The notes under the pieces: model-generated
What the model was told of the DNA's origin: nothing
Database searches by the model: none
Seen by the model: the letters and a program-made list of their open reading frames with translations, nothing else
Assembly: GCF_018350175.1 (NCBI RefSeq)
Contig: NC_058368.1
Location: 64,234,001-64,298,000, forward strand
Source: Felis catus
Lineage: Eukaryota
Length of the DNA stretch: 64,000 nt
Direction of reading: 5' to 3'
Program-made: the position numbers and the translations under genes
In this document: piece by piece, positions 24,259 to 36,100 of the stretch
How the letters are laid out: every line of letters starts with the position of its first letter
How positions within the stretch are numbered: position 1 is the first letter of the stretch

Positions 24259-26976
24259 GTTGTTGTTGTTGTTTTCTTCTGTTTTTCTTTTTTAGCAATT
24301 CTTTCCGGGTCTTCAGAGTGTTTTCACACAGACGTTTCACAAAAGCCATTTGAGAATTGCTAACATTTGGCATGGGCACTTCCTCTTTTGAAAAAAAAGA
24401 AAAAGTCTCTCATTTTTTCTGAGTTCTTTTTGAGGTTGTGTTTGTATCCCTACTTCCATTTTATTTCTGCACTTACTCATTAGCTTTTAGTTTAAACTCT
24501 CCCGTGAGGTCAAACATAGGGGTTGGACTGGAACACACATTAATTATAGACGTATCTGGTCACTTTTGGCATGGCAGCTCAGAAGACAGAACCGGCCACA
24601 TTCTGAGTTGAAGATAAGTTTTAGCACAGTGAAAGGAGACATACAGAATTTTCTTAAGGGGACTAGAAATAAATGATTTCTTGAAGCATTAGAGGCCAGA
24701 TAGTGAATGTGGTAAGCCTTTTTTAAGTTCAGTATTCTATTTACAAAATCACAAGACTTTTATAAATTGCCAGACTGCCTTGCATAAACTAAATGCCAAC
24801 AGAACAGTGACCTTTCAAATCACTGGGTAACAGAAGCCGAGATCAGAAAGCTCAAACTTAAAGCAAACACTGACAAGAAATCCTACAGAAATGACTTCTG
24901 TGTCTGGTCAACGTAACATAACATGACACACTGTAAAATGTGTTTGGCTTTTTAGGTGGAATGGTCTATTGTGGCTTAACTGCTTTTGAAAATATGAACT
25001 TGGAGATCTGTGGTTAGGTTAGCTTAACATAAATTATTATTTTTTTTAATTTGAAAGAGGAAGAGTGGGAAAATTTGCTAGAAAAAGATTTGTAAAATAT
25101 GATTGTAATTGTGTTCATAAGGGAGGTGAAAAAAGGATGGACCGGGTTGGGGTCTAGATGGGGTCAGAGTTAGAGGTTTGGGGGAGGGGAAATTAAATTG
25201 CAAAAAAAGATGAGGGCATATTATATAAGAAGTTTTTTTTAAAGGTCTCATTTGAAATATGTAACGGAGATAACTTTAAAAATACATCACGAGGAATTTT
25301 GAATCAGAGTTCCAATTTTAAAATGTTATGAGCTTCCGTTGTTTTCCTATTTCCCATACATTTCTTTTTAAGTTTCACTTAAACTGTATGAAAGTGCAGA
25401 TACCAAGTGCTTTATAACAAAATTAAATTCATATATATGTATATATTTGCGTGTATATATTCAAAGAGATTTTTTATTCTATACTTAAAATATATCTTTA
25501 GAGATGCCTTATAACTGATGAAGTGAAAGTATAATTTTTTTCTGTATCTTTAGTTTTTTAGTTTGAAGTTTTTCTGTCAACATTTAATTTCAACAACATG
25601 TTCTCATCAATAGCATAAACTCAGAAAACAGGTTTTACCATGTCTGCACTTGAATAGATGAGTAGAGGCTCGTGTCTGATGACTAATATTTTCCAAATAC
25701 ATATGTACTTCTTGTATATCCATGTAAATGATTGTAAGGGGACGGAGGAGGAAATATTTTAGAGATGCATTACTATGTATAGGATTTTGAGGCATGTTCA
25801 ATTGCTTTCACATTTGGAAATTTTGGATGAATATGTTTCTCTTTCACAGCAAACATGTTGTGTATGTGAGCCATCTCTAGCCAGATTTTATTGTAAGTGT
25901 TTGAAAGGATATTGCAACTATGGGATATTGCCAGACCGTTAGTAAAAAGCAAATTGAGTCTATTGAGAGATTAATTCACCAGCTGAAAGAAATACATTTG
26001 CCTTAGAGTCATCAGATATTCTACCCACCGAACTCATCCTCCAAGATAGCATAACTAATGAGTTTCCTAAACCAATTAAACATAAGCAGGAAGCATCAGT
26101 CATCAGAACTGACTATTTTCAGCTAATCAGCTGACTGCACAAACTGCATGGCATTGACGAAAGGAGGAACACCCTAAAAGTTGTGGGTTTTTTCACTGTC
26201 CTCACTCTGCTTCTCAATTTTATGGATGCGGCGTCTTGCACAGGACACTGTAAATGAATATGGTGCCTTCTACTACATAAAGTGCTTCCCCTTGCATTAT
26301 TATTCAGTAGAATAAAATAAGTTTTAATGGGCTTAAGTGAGTTGGTTAAAGGCACACAATTAATGTATGTCTGGGACTCAAAATCATGCCCTTCCTCTGT
26401 TGTAGTTGTTCTATAAATATGTATGTATTGATCGACTTTCTACCTTTCATGACTTGGGAATAGGTTCAAGTGTTCAAAATACTGCCATCTTTACAACTGG
26501 GCTGACTCAGATCAAGTCAAGGCAGGATGAGGATGATCATGGCATGGGTTCCCTTTTTGAAAGACAGAATCAGGGTAACCAGTATCAGTTCCTACCGGTT
26601 ATAATGATAACTGTGATACAAATAACTAACCATTACTGAGCACTCACAATATGGTAGCACTTTGTATAATTAAACCAATTAATAGTCTCAAAACCTTCCA
26701 AACAGATATTGTTCTCTTAATTTACAGATGCAGAGAATGTAGGCCCAGAGAGTAATGTTAAAATTTTGAGTCTTTACATTTTGAAAAATTCTAATATGTT
26801 CTGTATTTTATGAGTATATGGGACAGCTATCCATGTATGTGATAAAAAGAAGCAATGTTTGATACAGTATGTGGCATGAGTATATCTACTGTAATATGAC
26901 TGATTTTCATATGTCATTTATAAAAATTGGCTTCTTTATCATTCTACAGGGTCATTTTATTTGTATATATTGCTTT

Positions 26977-27034
26977 TTTTTAAGTGTATTTATTTCTTTT
27001 GAGAGAGAGAGAGAGAGAGAGCTGAACAGGGGAG

Positions 27035-27070
<36 letters not shown>

Positions 27071-27211
27071 AGAGAGAGAGAGAATCCTAAGCAGGCTCCA
27101 TGCTGTTTGCATACAGCCCAATGAGGGGCTCAGTCTCATGAACGGTGAGATCATGACCTGAGCTGAAATCAAGAGTCAGATGCTTAACCAACTGAATAAC
27201 CCAGGCGCCCC
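26977..27211 (-). mobile_element. Can-SINE with expanded (GA)n
   Basis: TSD tgt(a/g)tat(a/g)ttgcttt. Confidence 0.95.
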
Positions 27212-27894
27212 TGTGTATGTTGCTTTAAATGTGCACATGTGGAGCTTGTTTCGTTTTACCTAAAGACATGGGGCACAAGCTTGTCTTTGATGGAAGCTGT
27301 GTATATTTCTCCAAAATGACTTAAGAACAGTAAGTGAAATAGCACTTGCCCATGAAGGTGGAGCCAACAGAAAGATGGCGGAGTGATCTGCATGCTGCTC
27401 CCAGGCTTTGGAGGAGGAGAGGGTGGTAAAGAGCTGATGTCCTGTGAAAGAACAAGAGGCTATTTCATCACCCGGTGACCCAATCATAAAGCTAAAGTTC
27501 CCTCCCTACTCTAGAAAAAAATGAATATTTTATATAAATAAGTTTTTGAGCCTATCTAGATTCCTGTTCCTAGGTATTCATTTAAAAAGGTAATTTGAAT
27601 ACCCCTTTTCTCTTGAGTTAATAGGGTAGCAAACACAAATATTTTGGGGAAGTATTTCTTGGTATAATCCTTCAATGTTAAATTTTTATTTCCACAATAT
27701 TTTAGATGCTTCCTGGAGCACAGGAATGAGATGAACTTCTTACTAAGATCAAAAAGAAAAATCATTTGGCAAGGTGACAAAACTAAATCATTAGTCTGCT
27801 TCCCCCACCCCACCCCCGATTTTCACATCATTTCTTTTATTTTGATTGTACCTTGTTGCGTATTCATGTAGACCAATTTGAAAGAAGGAATATA

Positions 27895-28105
27895 GGGGCA
27901 CCAGGGTGGCTCAGTCGGTTGGGTGTCCTACTTTGGCTCAGGTCATGATCTCACAGTTTGTGGGTTCAAACCCTGCATCAGGCTCTACGTTGACAGCTTA
28001 GAGCCTGGAGCCTGCTTTGGATTCTGTGTCTCCCTCTCTCTCTGTCCACCCCCCATTCACACTCTGCCTCTCTATCAAAAGTAAATAAACATTAAGAACT
28101 TTTTT
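27895..28105 (+). mobile_element. Can-SINE (SINEC_Fc-type), first of a tandem pair
   Basis: TSD gaaa(g/t)aaggaatata (27880-27894, 28106-28120). Confidence 0.96.
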
Positions 28106-28120
28106 GAAATAAGGAATATA

Positions 28121-28328
28121 GGGCCACCTGGGTTGCTCAGTTAGTTAAGTGTCTGACTCAGTTTTTGCTCAAGTCATTATCTCATGGTTTCATGAGTTTG
28201 AGCCCAGTGTCAGGCTCTGCACTGATGGTGTGGAGCCTGCTTGGGATTCTCTCTCTCTCCCTCTGTCTCTGCCCCTCCCCGACTCATGCTTTCTCTCTTT
28301 CTCAAAATAAATAAACTTTAAAAATTTT
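28121..28328 (+). mobile_element. Can-SINE (different subfamily), second of the tandem pair
   Basis: Flanked by aaggaatata at 28111-28120 and 28332-28341. Confidence 0.95.
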
Positions 28329-29084
28329 AAAAAGGAATATATACTGAGTACTTTTTAAGAACTAAGACTATGTCTTCTCCTTTGATGTGAATTACATTCT
28401 TCAACATATGTATGAGTTGCATAATATATACTCAATGTCGTTGAATAAATAAGTGAATTCATCTACCAGTCAATAAGCATGAATTCAAAAGCTGTTCTAG
28501 AATATCATGGCCTCTGAAGATTTGAGTAAAAGTGAAAGCACTTTCCTAAATTAGATGTAAAGGGTGTGGAAGACAGGGTAAATTTAATAAATTATTTTCA
28601 AATTGCAAATGAATTAAAACTTATTTCTTCAGCATCTATAATGTGGAAATATCCCTCTGGTAATGATTGGGAGCATAAAAATGAGAATATCATGGTCTCA
28701 TCCTTGAGAAACTTAGCATTAGTCAGAAAGACATGGCATATGCTTAAGAAAGTTAATTAAGTGCCTGTGAATGGTTCACATAGATTGAAAAGATCCAAGA
28801 AATATGTATGGAGTAGGAAAAGAGGTATTTGAGGTTGAACTTGAGATTTAGGATATGATGAATTGTGAAAGATGAATGGGGGTATTCTATGTGGAGGAAA
28901 AACAAGAGTTGGAAGTGAGAAAAATATGAAAAAAGCACAAACAAAATTATAGACATATAAATTCACACAATTTCAGTGTGACAAACAAACTCATTGCTTC
29001 AAGGCAGAATTTGGGTGATGGAGGATTGTGCTTAGACGTAATTAACAAAAACAAAGTTTTTAACTGTATTTGAACGGTATTTTG

Positions 29085-29345
29085 TAGGCCCCATTTCCAA
29101 ATGTATGTCAGTGGGTGTTGAGTGAGGGGAAGGGGTAATTTGCTTATGTAAATTTGGAAAATAGGAAGTGAGTCTCAACTGTTAAACAAGATTGCTTACT
29201 GTGAGGTTTCTCATGAGCCTTTAGTTCATGGGTATCAAGAAGGGGCCATCATAGGAATTTCACAACCATTTTGCCACAGGATCTCTTTCTGTGATTTGTC
29301 TATCTCTAGTGATATTTCTCCTCTAGACACATGTTGGGAACTAGC
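29085..29345. mobile_element. hAT-Charlie-type non-autonomous DNA transposon remnant
   Basis: 'gttaaacaagattgcttactgtgaggtttctcatgagccttta' and terminal 'gttgggaa' resemble recalled Charlie-derived MERs; family uncertain. Confidence 0.45.
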
Positions 29346-31607
29346 AGTTTTTGACAGTTAAGGGTCACAAAGAGCAGTAAGGCAGAGAGAAATGACATGG
29401 TGAAAGTACTGATTTGGGGAAAATAATTTGGTGGTAGTAGATGGAGAGACTGATGTCCCCTGCAATCAGGGGTTGGGAAGAGAAGTTGTAATGATACATG
29501 AATAGTGGAGATGGAAGTTTTATTTTAAGATACAAAGCAGTAGAGTACATTTTTATATCCAATCACTGCTTAGAGATGAAGTATTGTAGCAAGAGCTGCA
29601 GATAAGGACTTGTGTGTAATTTGTATACAGGTGAGAGCACAATCTGTCGGGATGGATTCCCAGAAAGAGACTACAAAGGAAGAACAGAGATTTCTGCTAT
29701 TAACTGAAACATTTATCTTTATTTTCCTGGAAGTGTGAGGAGAGAGACAATCAAACTAAGAAGAAATTGGAATAGTTTAATCCAAAAGATGTGGGGTTTG
29801 AATAAGGATCTTACTGTGAAAAGCTTGTTTTTGTTGATTAGAAATGTATAGGGGATTTTGGCAAGATAAATTTTATAATAGTTGTGAGAACGAAAATGAA
29901 CACTTGTGGATGTGTGATGATTGAGAAGGAAGAAAATGAACATAGTAAGATGGAACTTTCATGCAGAGGACGCAGAGATATTGACCCCATCAGAGGGAGA
30001 TAGGATTATTGGGAACCTGGAAGTGTGGGTCAGATAGAATTGTGGATATTTTTTGATGGGTTTGTCTTAGGAAGCAGTGATTATGTCTCATATTCAAGGA
30101 CTGGGAAACAGTGAGAGGGATTGTGAAGAGGATGAGAAACTGAAACGTGGAGAAAAAGTAAGATATGATGGCTTGTTTCCCGGGGTATGATCTTCTCAGT
30201 AAGGGAATGTCTTATGGAATATTAACCTCTTGTTTGGAGGAATATGCAAGAGAATCAGGGGAGACATCTTTTTTAATTTAACGCCTATTAACACATTTAG
30301 GAAATGCTAATAAATAGAAATTAATTCTGACCAGAATTTTTTAATTATTGTCAAATTGTTTTACCGTTTCGTTCTTGTTAGGGAAAAATTAATTTTAAAG
30401 AATTGTAATATTTCATAATTTGTGACCTCATTTTATTTTTAATTTTGAAAGCTTATAAAAAAGTCCAGCTTCTTTGATGTAAGTGTTCCTTAAATGCTAA
30501 ACATATTCATCTTAGTTGTACTGCGGATATTTTACCCTTTGTTTTCCAATATGAAATATTGTCATTGGGCTGCATGTTTAATTATTGTCTGCCAGTCGGT
30601 ACTATTATCTAGAAAATCTCCTAGAAGTAACAACCCTGATACTTTCATGAAGCACCCTAAAAATTAAATGCCCATTAAGTGTTCAGCAGTGGTACATTTT
30701 GTTCATAATATAGCAGTACCCTCTTGTGCTCATGCTTGGTCATATGTTCTATACTGCCTTACAGGGGTGTGTGCCACATAATCATTTTTCTCATCTTAGC
30801 TTTAAGTGAAATATTCTATTATTCATGATATCATCTTCTTGAAAAGGAGTTCAGGCATTACCAATATTATTCAAAAATATTACCAGCACTCCCATGCTGT
30901 AGGGGGAAATGGCTATTCCATCCATTTTGCTCGTATTAGTAAATAAAATACTTGAGAACCAAGAACCAAGAAGTTGGTTAAATTTCCTAAGTAATTTGTA
31001 GAAATGAAAGTGGGATCTAAGTCTTTTGTTCCCAGGTTCAGTTCTGTGCCATATGCATTGGACTATGCATCTGATCCAAGAAAGTTTAAAGCTATATACA
31101 CATATATGTGCAAAATTTGACATTCTTTTAGCGGAATCTTTTCTTGAAGAATATTACTCTATGTTTTGAGAAATTTTGGATTGTTGGCTTACAGCACAGC
31201 ACAGTAGTATCAACCAATATACTGCAAAGGGAGTTGTGTCGTCCTGGAGTTTGATTGATGGAGTTTGATTGACCAAGCTTAAACATGTTAATTTAGAGAC
31301 AAAAGATTCTCCAGCCAAACTATCCATGAGCAAGAAAGCCTGGTTTATTGGCTTTCCAAAGCCTCAAGCAAAACTTGATTATTGAGCCGATATGCAGATT
31401 GTAGATCTTTGTAGCTGTAACACCTTGCCCATTATTTATTATTATTTCAGTAGTTTTAATTTTTCTTACAGACTCAATTTGGTAAAGTATTCTCACCAAA
31501 ATAGTAGAGCCCCATAAGAAAATCATTCTAATTTAGACACGTTTCTGAATCACTTCCTTAGATGACTTGAGTCTTCCATTAATAAGTGTTTTTGTATCCA
31601 TATTTAG

Positions 31608-31764
31608 TTGTTGCAGGGTAGGTCACCCAAGCCCAACAAGTGGGAACTGCAGATGGGCAGTGGCGGTGGCATGGCTGAACAGGTCAGCGGGGAGTGTGAT
31701 GATGAAGACGGTTGTGGGGGATCGGGAAGTGGAGAAGTCAAGAGGACGCTGAAAATCACGGACT
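31608..31764 (+). CDS. GPC5: Glypican-5 internal coding exon (penultimate, exon 7 equivalent) encoding the Ser-Gly/acidic heparan-sulfate attachment region
   Basis: Bounded by tttag| (AG 31606-31607) and |gtaagt (31765-31770); 157 nt, starts phase 0, ends phase 1. Translation LLQGRSPKPNKWELQMGSGGGMAEQVSGECDDEDGCGGSGSGEVKRTLKITD recognised from memory as the GPC5 C-terminal region. Confidence 0.95.
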
Positions 31765-32963
31765 GTAAGTACATGATTCTAACACCACTTCTAAAGAATT
31801 AATTTTGAAATATAATTGAAGATAATTATTATTGTGAATGTAAAGTAATAATGATAGTGAATTCAGAAGCATGCAAAAGGAATTGGAAATGAAAATGACC
31901 CCATTTTTAAGTTATTCAGGACATGTATTCTTGGGGGTTTTGTTATCTTTAACTCATGGCTTTGAATGGAAATGGCATTTTTATTTTTTCTGAGAAAGAC
32001 TAGTGAATGACCAGTTCTGAGAATTAAAGGCTTTAAAGGCAGATGGTCCTCAGGGCATGAAATGACTATCAGGGTGCCTATTAAATGCATATTGGTAAAT
32101 AATGTCAAACCAGGATGGGTAAACTCTACTAAATAATCAAATTCTGCAACTTCATTATATTGTGCCATTACATAAAAGATACTTTACCAGGTTTGCATCA
32201 GAGTCGAATTGCAAAGAAATTGGTTAAATATATGGTTAGTGATAGTGGAAACTGCTCAGATTTAACTCTTAGGAATTTGTTCTCCCAAAAAAACTCTCAC
32301 CGGTCATTCGCCTTGTTGTGGTTCTATGAGTTTGAAAACCGTTTCTGGTATGGCTGGACTGATCACCACGGCAAAAGATGGAGCTTGCAAATGACAACAG
32401 CCACAACAAATCCCCAGATGAACTTTGTTTTCTTTTCTTCACTTTCAAAGATGAGGCATATTGACTCTTTCTTGTTAGGTATATGCAGATGTTCAGGTGG
32501 GCAAGACAACCAAAGTTATCAACTGAGAAAGAAGGATGAAAGTTAATGTACCCAGGGCAGCTACCTTCCAGCTCTTTATTTATCTCAGGTCATATCAAAG
32601 GTGACTACTTTATAAAGTAATTTTCTGGACCTGTGCAGCCCTATCTGGAGGCTAGTCTGATAGTTTCTCTCTAAATCACAAAGGGCTGCTTTGGAACTGT
32701 TAGACATGTCCTTTCATGACTTTGGTGGGAGAAGAATTCATTTGCTTTTCACTTCTTGTAATAAATTTAGAACACTACACATGCTTCAAGCATCAATACT
32801 GCGTTCTTTCTAGGCTCTTGTTTTATAAGGCAGATATATTGGTTAAAAAAATGGAAGCCACAGAGGTACAAAATACAAAGGACAATTAATATGAAGAAAC
32901 ATGTTTTCCTGTTAGAAATAGAAATGAATTTAATATAGAAAGTAAATAGATGGCGCGGGGCGG

Positions 32964-33191
32964 GGGGTTGCCTGGGTGACTCAGTTGGTTAAGCGACTAA
33001 CTTCAGTTTAGGTCATGATCTCACGACTCATGAGTTCGAGCCCCACCTCGGGCTGTGTGCTGATAGCTCAGAGCCTGGAGCCTGCTTCGGATTCTGTGTC
33101 TCCCTCTCTGTCTCTGCCTCTACCCTGCTCTAGCTTGCTCTCGCTCTCTCTCTCTTTCAAAAATAAATAAACATAAAGAAATTAAGAAAAA
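32964..33191 (+). mobile_element. Can-SINE (SINEC_Fc-type)
   Basis: Perfect 17-nt TSD agaaagtaaatagatgg (32937-32953, 33192-33208). Confidence 0.96.
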
Positions 33192-36100
33192 AGAAAGTAA
33201 ATAGATGGGATTTAGTACATTGGAGCAGCAGTTGAACCAATGGCCACAAAATGTCTTGATATATTAAGGCAATTTCTTTGTGAAAATTAAATATCTTCTA
33301 CTCTTGTAGGGGCAGGTTAGGATACATGTTTTTGTTATTGGTATTAATATAGTTTATCAGGCTGATTCTTCTGTTTTACTCTATATTTTGTTGGTTAGGC
33401 CAAAACAACAAGAAAAGGAGGAAGTAGAAAATGAAAATGAAAGGGTTTTCACTAGAAAAAAATTATTTTTCTAAGAGTTAAAATGTCCTCCATTGTATTT
33501 TGGAATTATGATACTTATCTATTAGGATAATATTAGTTAGTCTTTCATTTTCATTTTATCTTCAGTATTTCCATGTACCATAATTTTATTGCAATTTGAC
33601 TATTAGTAGGGCTTTAAGGCATAAATATTATTATAAAGAATAGTTGAAGTTGAAACTTCATCTATAAATTTTATGCATGTATGTGTGTGTGTGTAGAATT
33701 AGCATTTTTATAGGAATTTTTTCACTCTGGGAGTTATTTATAAGCTCAAGAACTCATTATGTATTAATAGATTACTCTCTCCCTCTCTTTTTTTTTTTTT
33801 TTTTGTTTATTTCACAAGAGAAGTAGAGATAGTGGAGGATATTCAACCACTAATAATTTTCTCACAAACCATACTTGTCAAGGTGGCAAGAATGAATTTT
33901 TACCTCAAAACCTTGTTTTCAATTATTACTGATATGAACACGTATGGTGCAAGCAACTATCCATCAGAATTGGAGAGATTTAAGATTTAGATGGTTTTCA
34001 GCAACTCCAGGCAAACATTTTTTTAAAATCCACATCTGCTATAAGTGGATTGCCTATCGTGTTTCTCAGAGTTTATAGCTGTTGCCTTTCAATTTTTAAT
34101 AAGTGGTTAGGAAACCACTGTGGATAGTATGCTGAAATAAATAGGGGCAGGGAAAGTAGCAATGCATAGGTCACATTTCTATTTTTATATAGCACGATCA
34201 TATTTTCCTTGTGTTTGTCTCATTTGATATATTGCTAAAGCAAGTTGAGACCTAGTTTTAGATGGCTATAATGACTTAAAACTCAAGTGCTCTAGAAAGT
34301 TTGCCAGGTTTGAATTTGAATAAAGAACTTGAAATGCACCATTGTCTCTTCTTTACACGGATATGTATTCTTTATAAAATACAACCTTACTACAATACAG
34401 TTCATTTGTCACCTCAAAAATGTCTGATTAGAAAGAGTTATACCAAAATGTATTTATGTAATTATAGCCATGTAGGATTACATGGAATAACACTACTATT
34501 GTGTTCTGCAAATTTGATTTTGCTTCATTTATGACAATTTTCAAAGCTGGTGAATATTTTACTAATTATTCCTTAACCTGATCTTCCATCTGTTCTTGTT
34601 CATGTTTATTTCAAACAAGAGAGGGTTCTACACACTTTAACGGGCAAAGTTTTACCATCAAAATATTTATATACCTTTTAGGTATCATTTTGTTTTCATC
34701 ACCAATGGTATCAAATAATTTAACAACTTTTTAGCTTTCAAAACTACCTGGTGGCTATTATGAAATGATAACTGATATGTTTCTTATAAAAAGCAGCCAT
34801 CTGTACTCTGCAGTGTTTACTCTTAGGAAACTGAAAATATTTTCCTATTTCAGTAAAATGATTTAAAAATTCCAATCTTATGGGAACTTACTCTGTGCTT
34901 TTTTTTAGGTATTGAATCTGGCTCATTTGTATAGGTGTGGTTATTTCACTAGTAACCTGGAAGTGTAGGGTCAAAATGGCTTTGAACCTTCATTTTGCCT
35001 CACTTGACACTTGGCACCCTTTCAAAGTAGCTGATTGATGCAGGTTCTAAACACCAGTGGGAAAAAACAAGTTCTGTTCTTTTAGCCATGCAGAGCAAAC
35101 ATATTGACACAATCATCAATACTTTTTCAACTACTTGACTATTCTTCTAATACCCGAAATTCTGATAGTTTCAAATGTTGAAAAACAAACCAGAATGGCA
35201 CTAAAATACGAGCTGCAGCAAAACTAGTCCATGTATCGTTTTGGAATCTGTAGTAGCATTGCTTGCAATTCATATGTGATATTGTAATTTAAATTTCAAT
35301 TTTAAAGAAAACACAGACTGTGTAACCTAGAACCAGATTCATTTTGATAAGGTGGTTCACAGCGATAACTCAGATGCATTGAATTTGACCCCAGTTTGAT
35401 TCAGCTATAATACATTCGAGAATAGTAGGGTGATTTTCAGTTTTCAAATTGTGATAATTTCTATTGTCATATTCATCATTGTTCATACAATGTTATACAG
35501 TGTGTTTAACAGTTTTTAGAAATAATTTTATTTTAGCTAAGCAACTGTAAATGGCAACAAAGATCGTTTGGTGTGTGTTCAGATGACATTTTTCCTAGTG
35601 GTCATGTCTCCTTTTTCCTCAACATGTCTCTGCAGAAGGGTCATCGTATAGGTTCATAAAGACTGGTGCATTCAGAGTACCAGTGCAGCAATCTGGTCCC
35701 TCGGCTTCCTATTCAGCCACCCAAAGTCTTTCTTCAAAAGGACTGTTAGCCTTTAGGTTCTTATTTCATTAGCTGCTCTTCTTCTTCTCTTTGTTTGGGT
35801 TTTCATCATCATCCCAAATTCTAAATATTTCTAGAATGCAGGACTCAGTTCTCCAACCTTTCATCATCTCTGTTCTCAATGATTCCCTGTTGCGCAAACT
35901 GCTTACTGCGTCATAAGAACAGTGGTGATACAGTACCCGGCCCCTGATAGCACCGTCTAGTTTATGAAGCATTCCCCTGTGTTTTATCTCAGAAGGTAAG
36001 TTTATGAATACCAAAGGTGTTCAACTTAATGGAGATTAATTTGGAAGTAGAAGGGAAATACATCAAAATATAAAGCTACTAGATATGGAAAGAAACTTTG

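Larger units (their letters stand above)
1..31607 (+). other. GPC5: Intron upstream of the GPC5 exon (3' part of intron 6)
   Basis: No other glypican-like exon seen; repeat-rich; GPC5 is known to have very large introns. Confidence 0.8.

Noticed and set aside
27880..28341. Three short direct repeats with ~210-nt spacers (CRISPR-like at a glance)
   Set aside because: The spacers are SINEs and the repeats are TSDs; eukaryotic DNA with no cas genes.
31567..31752. Overlapping 61-aa ORF with a signal-peptide-like start
   Set aside because: Alternative frame of the GPC5 exon starting at TTG; the splice sites and homology support the other frame.
32160..32546. 128-aa ORF downstream of the exon
   Set aside because: No recognisable homology, non-ATG start, no convincing splice boundaries; a length expected by chance.
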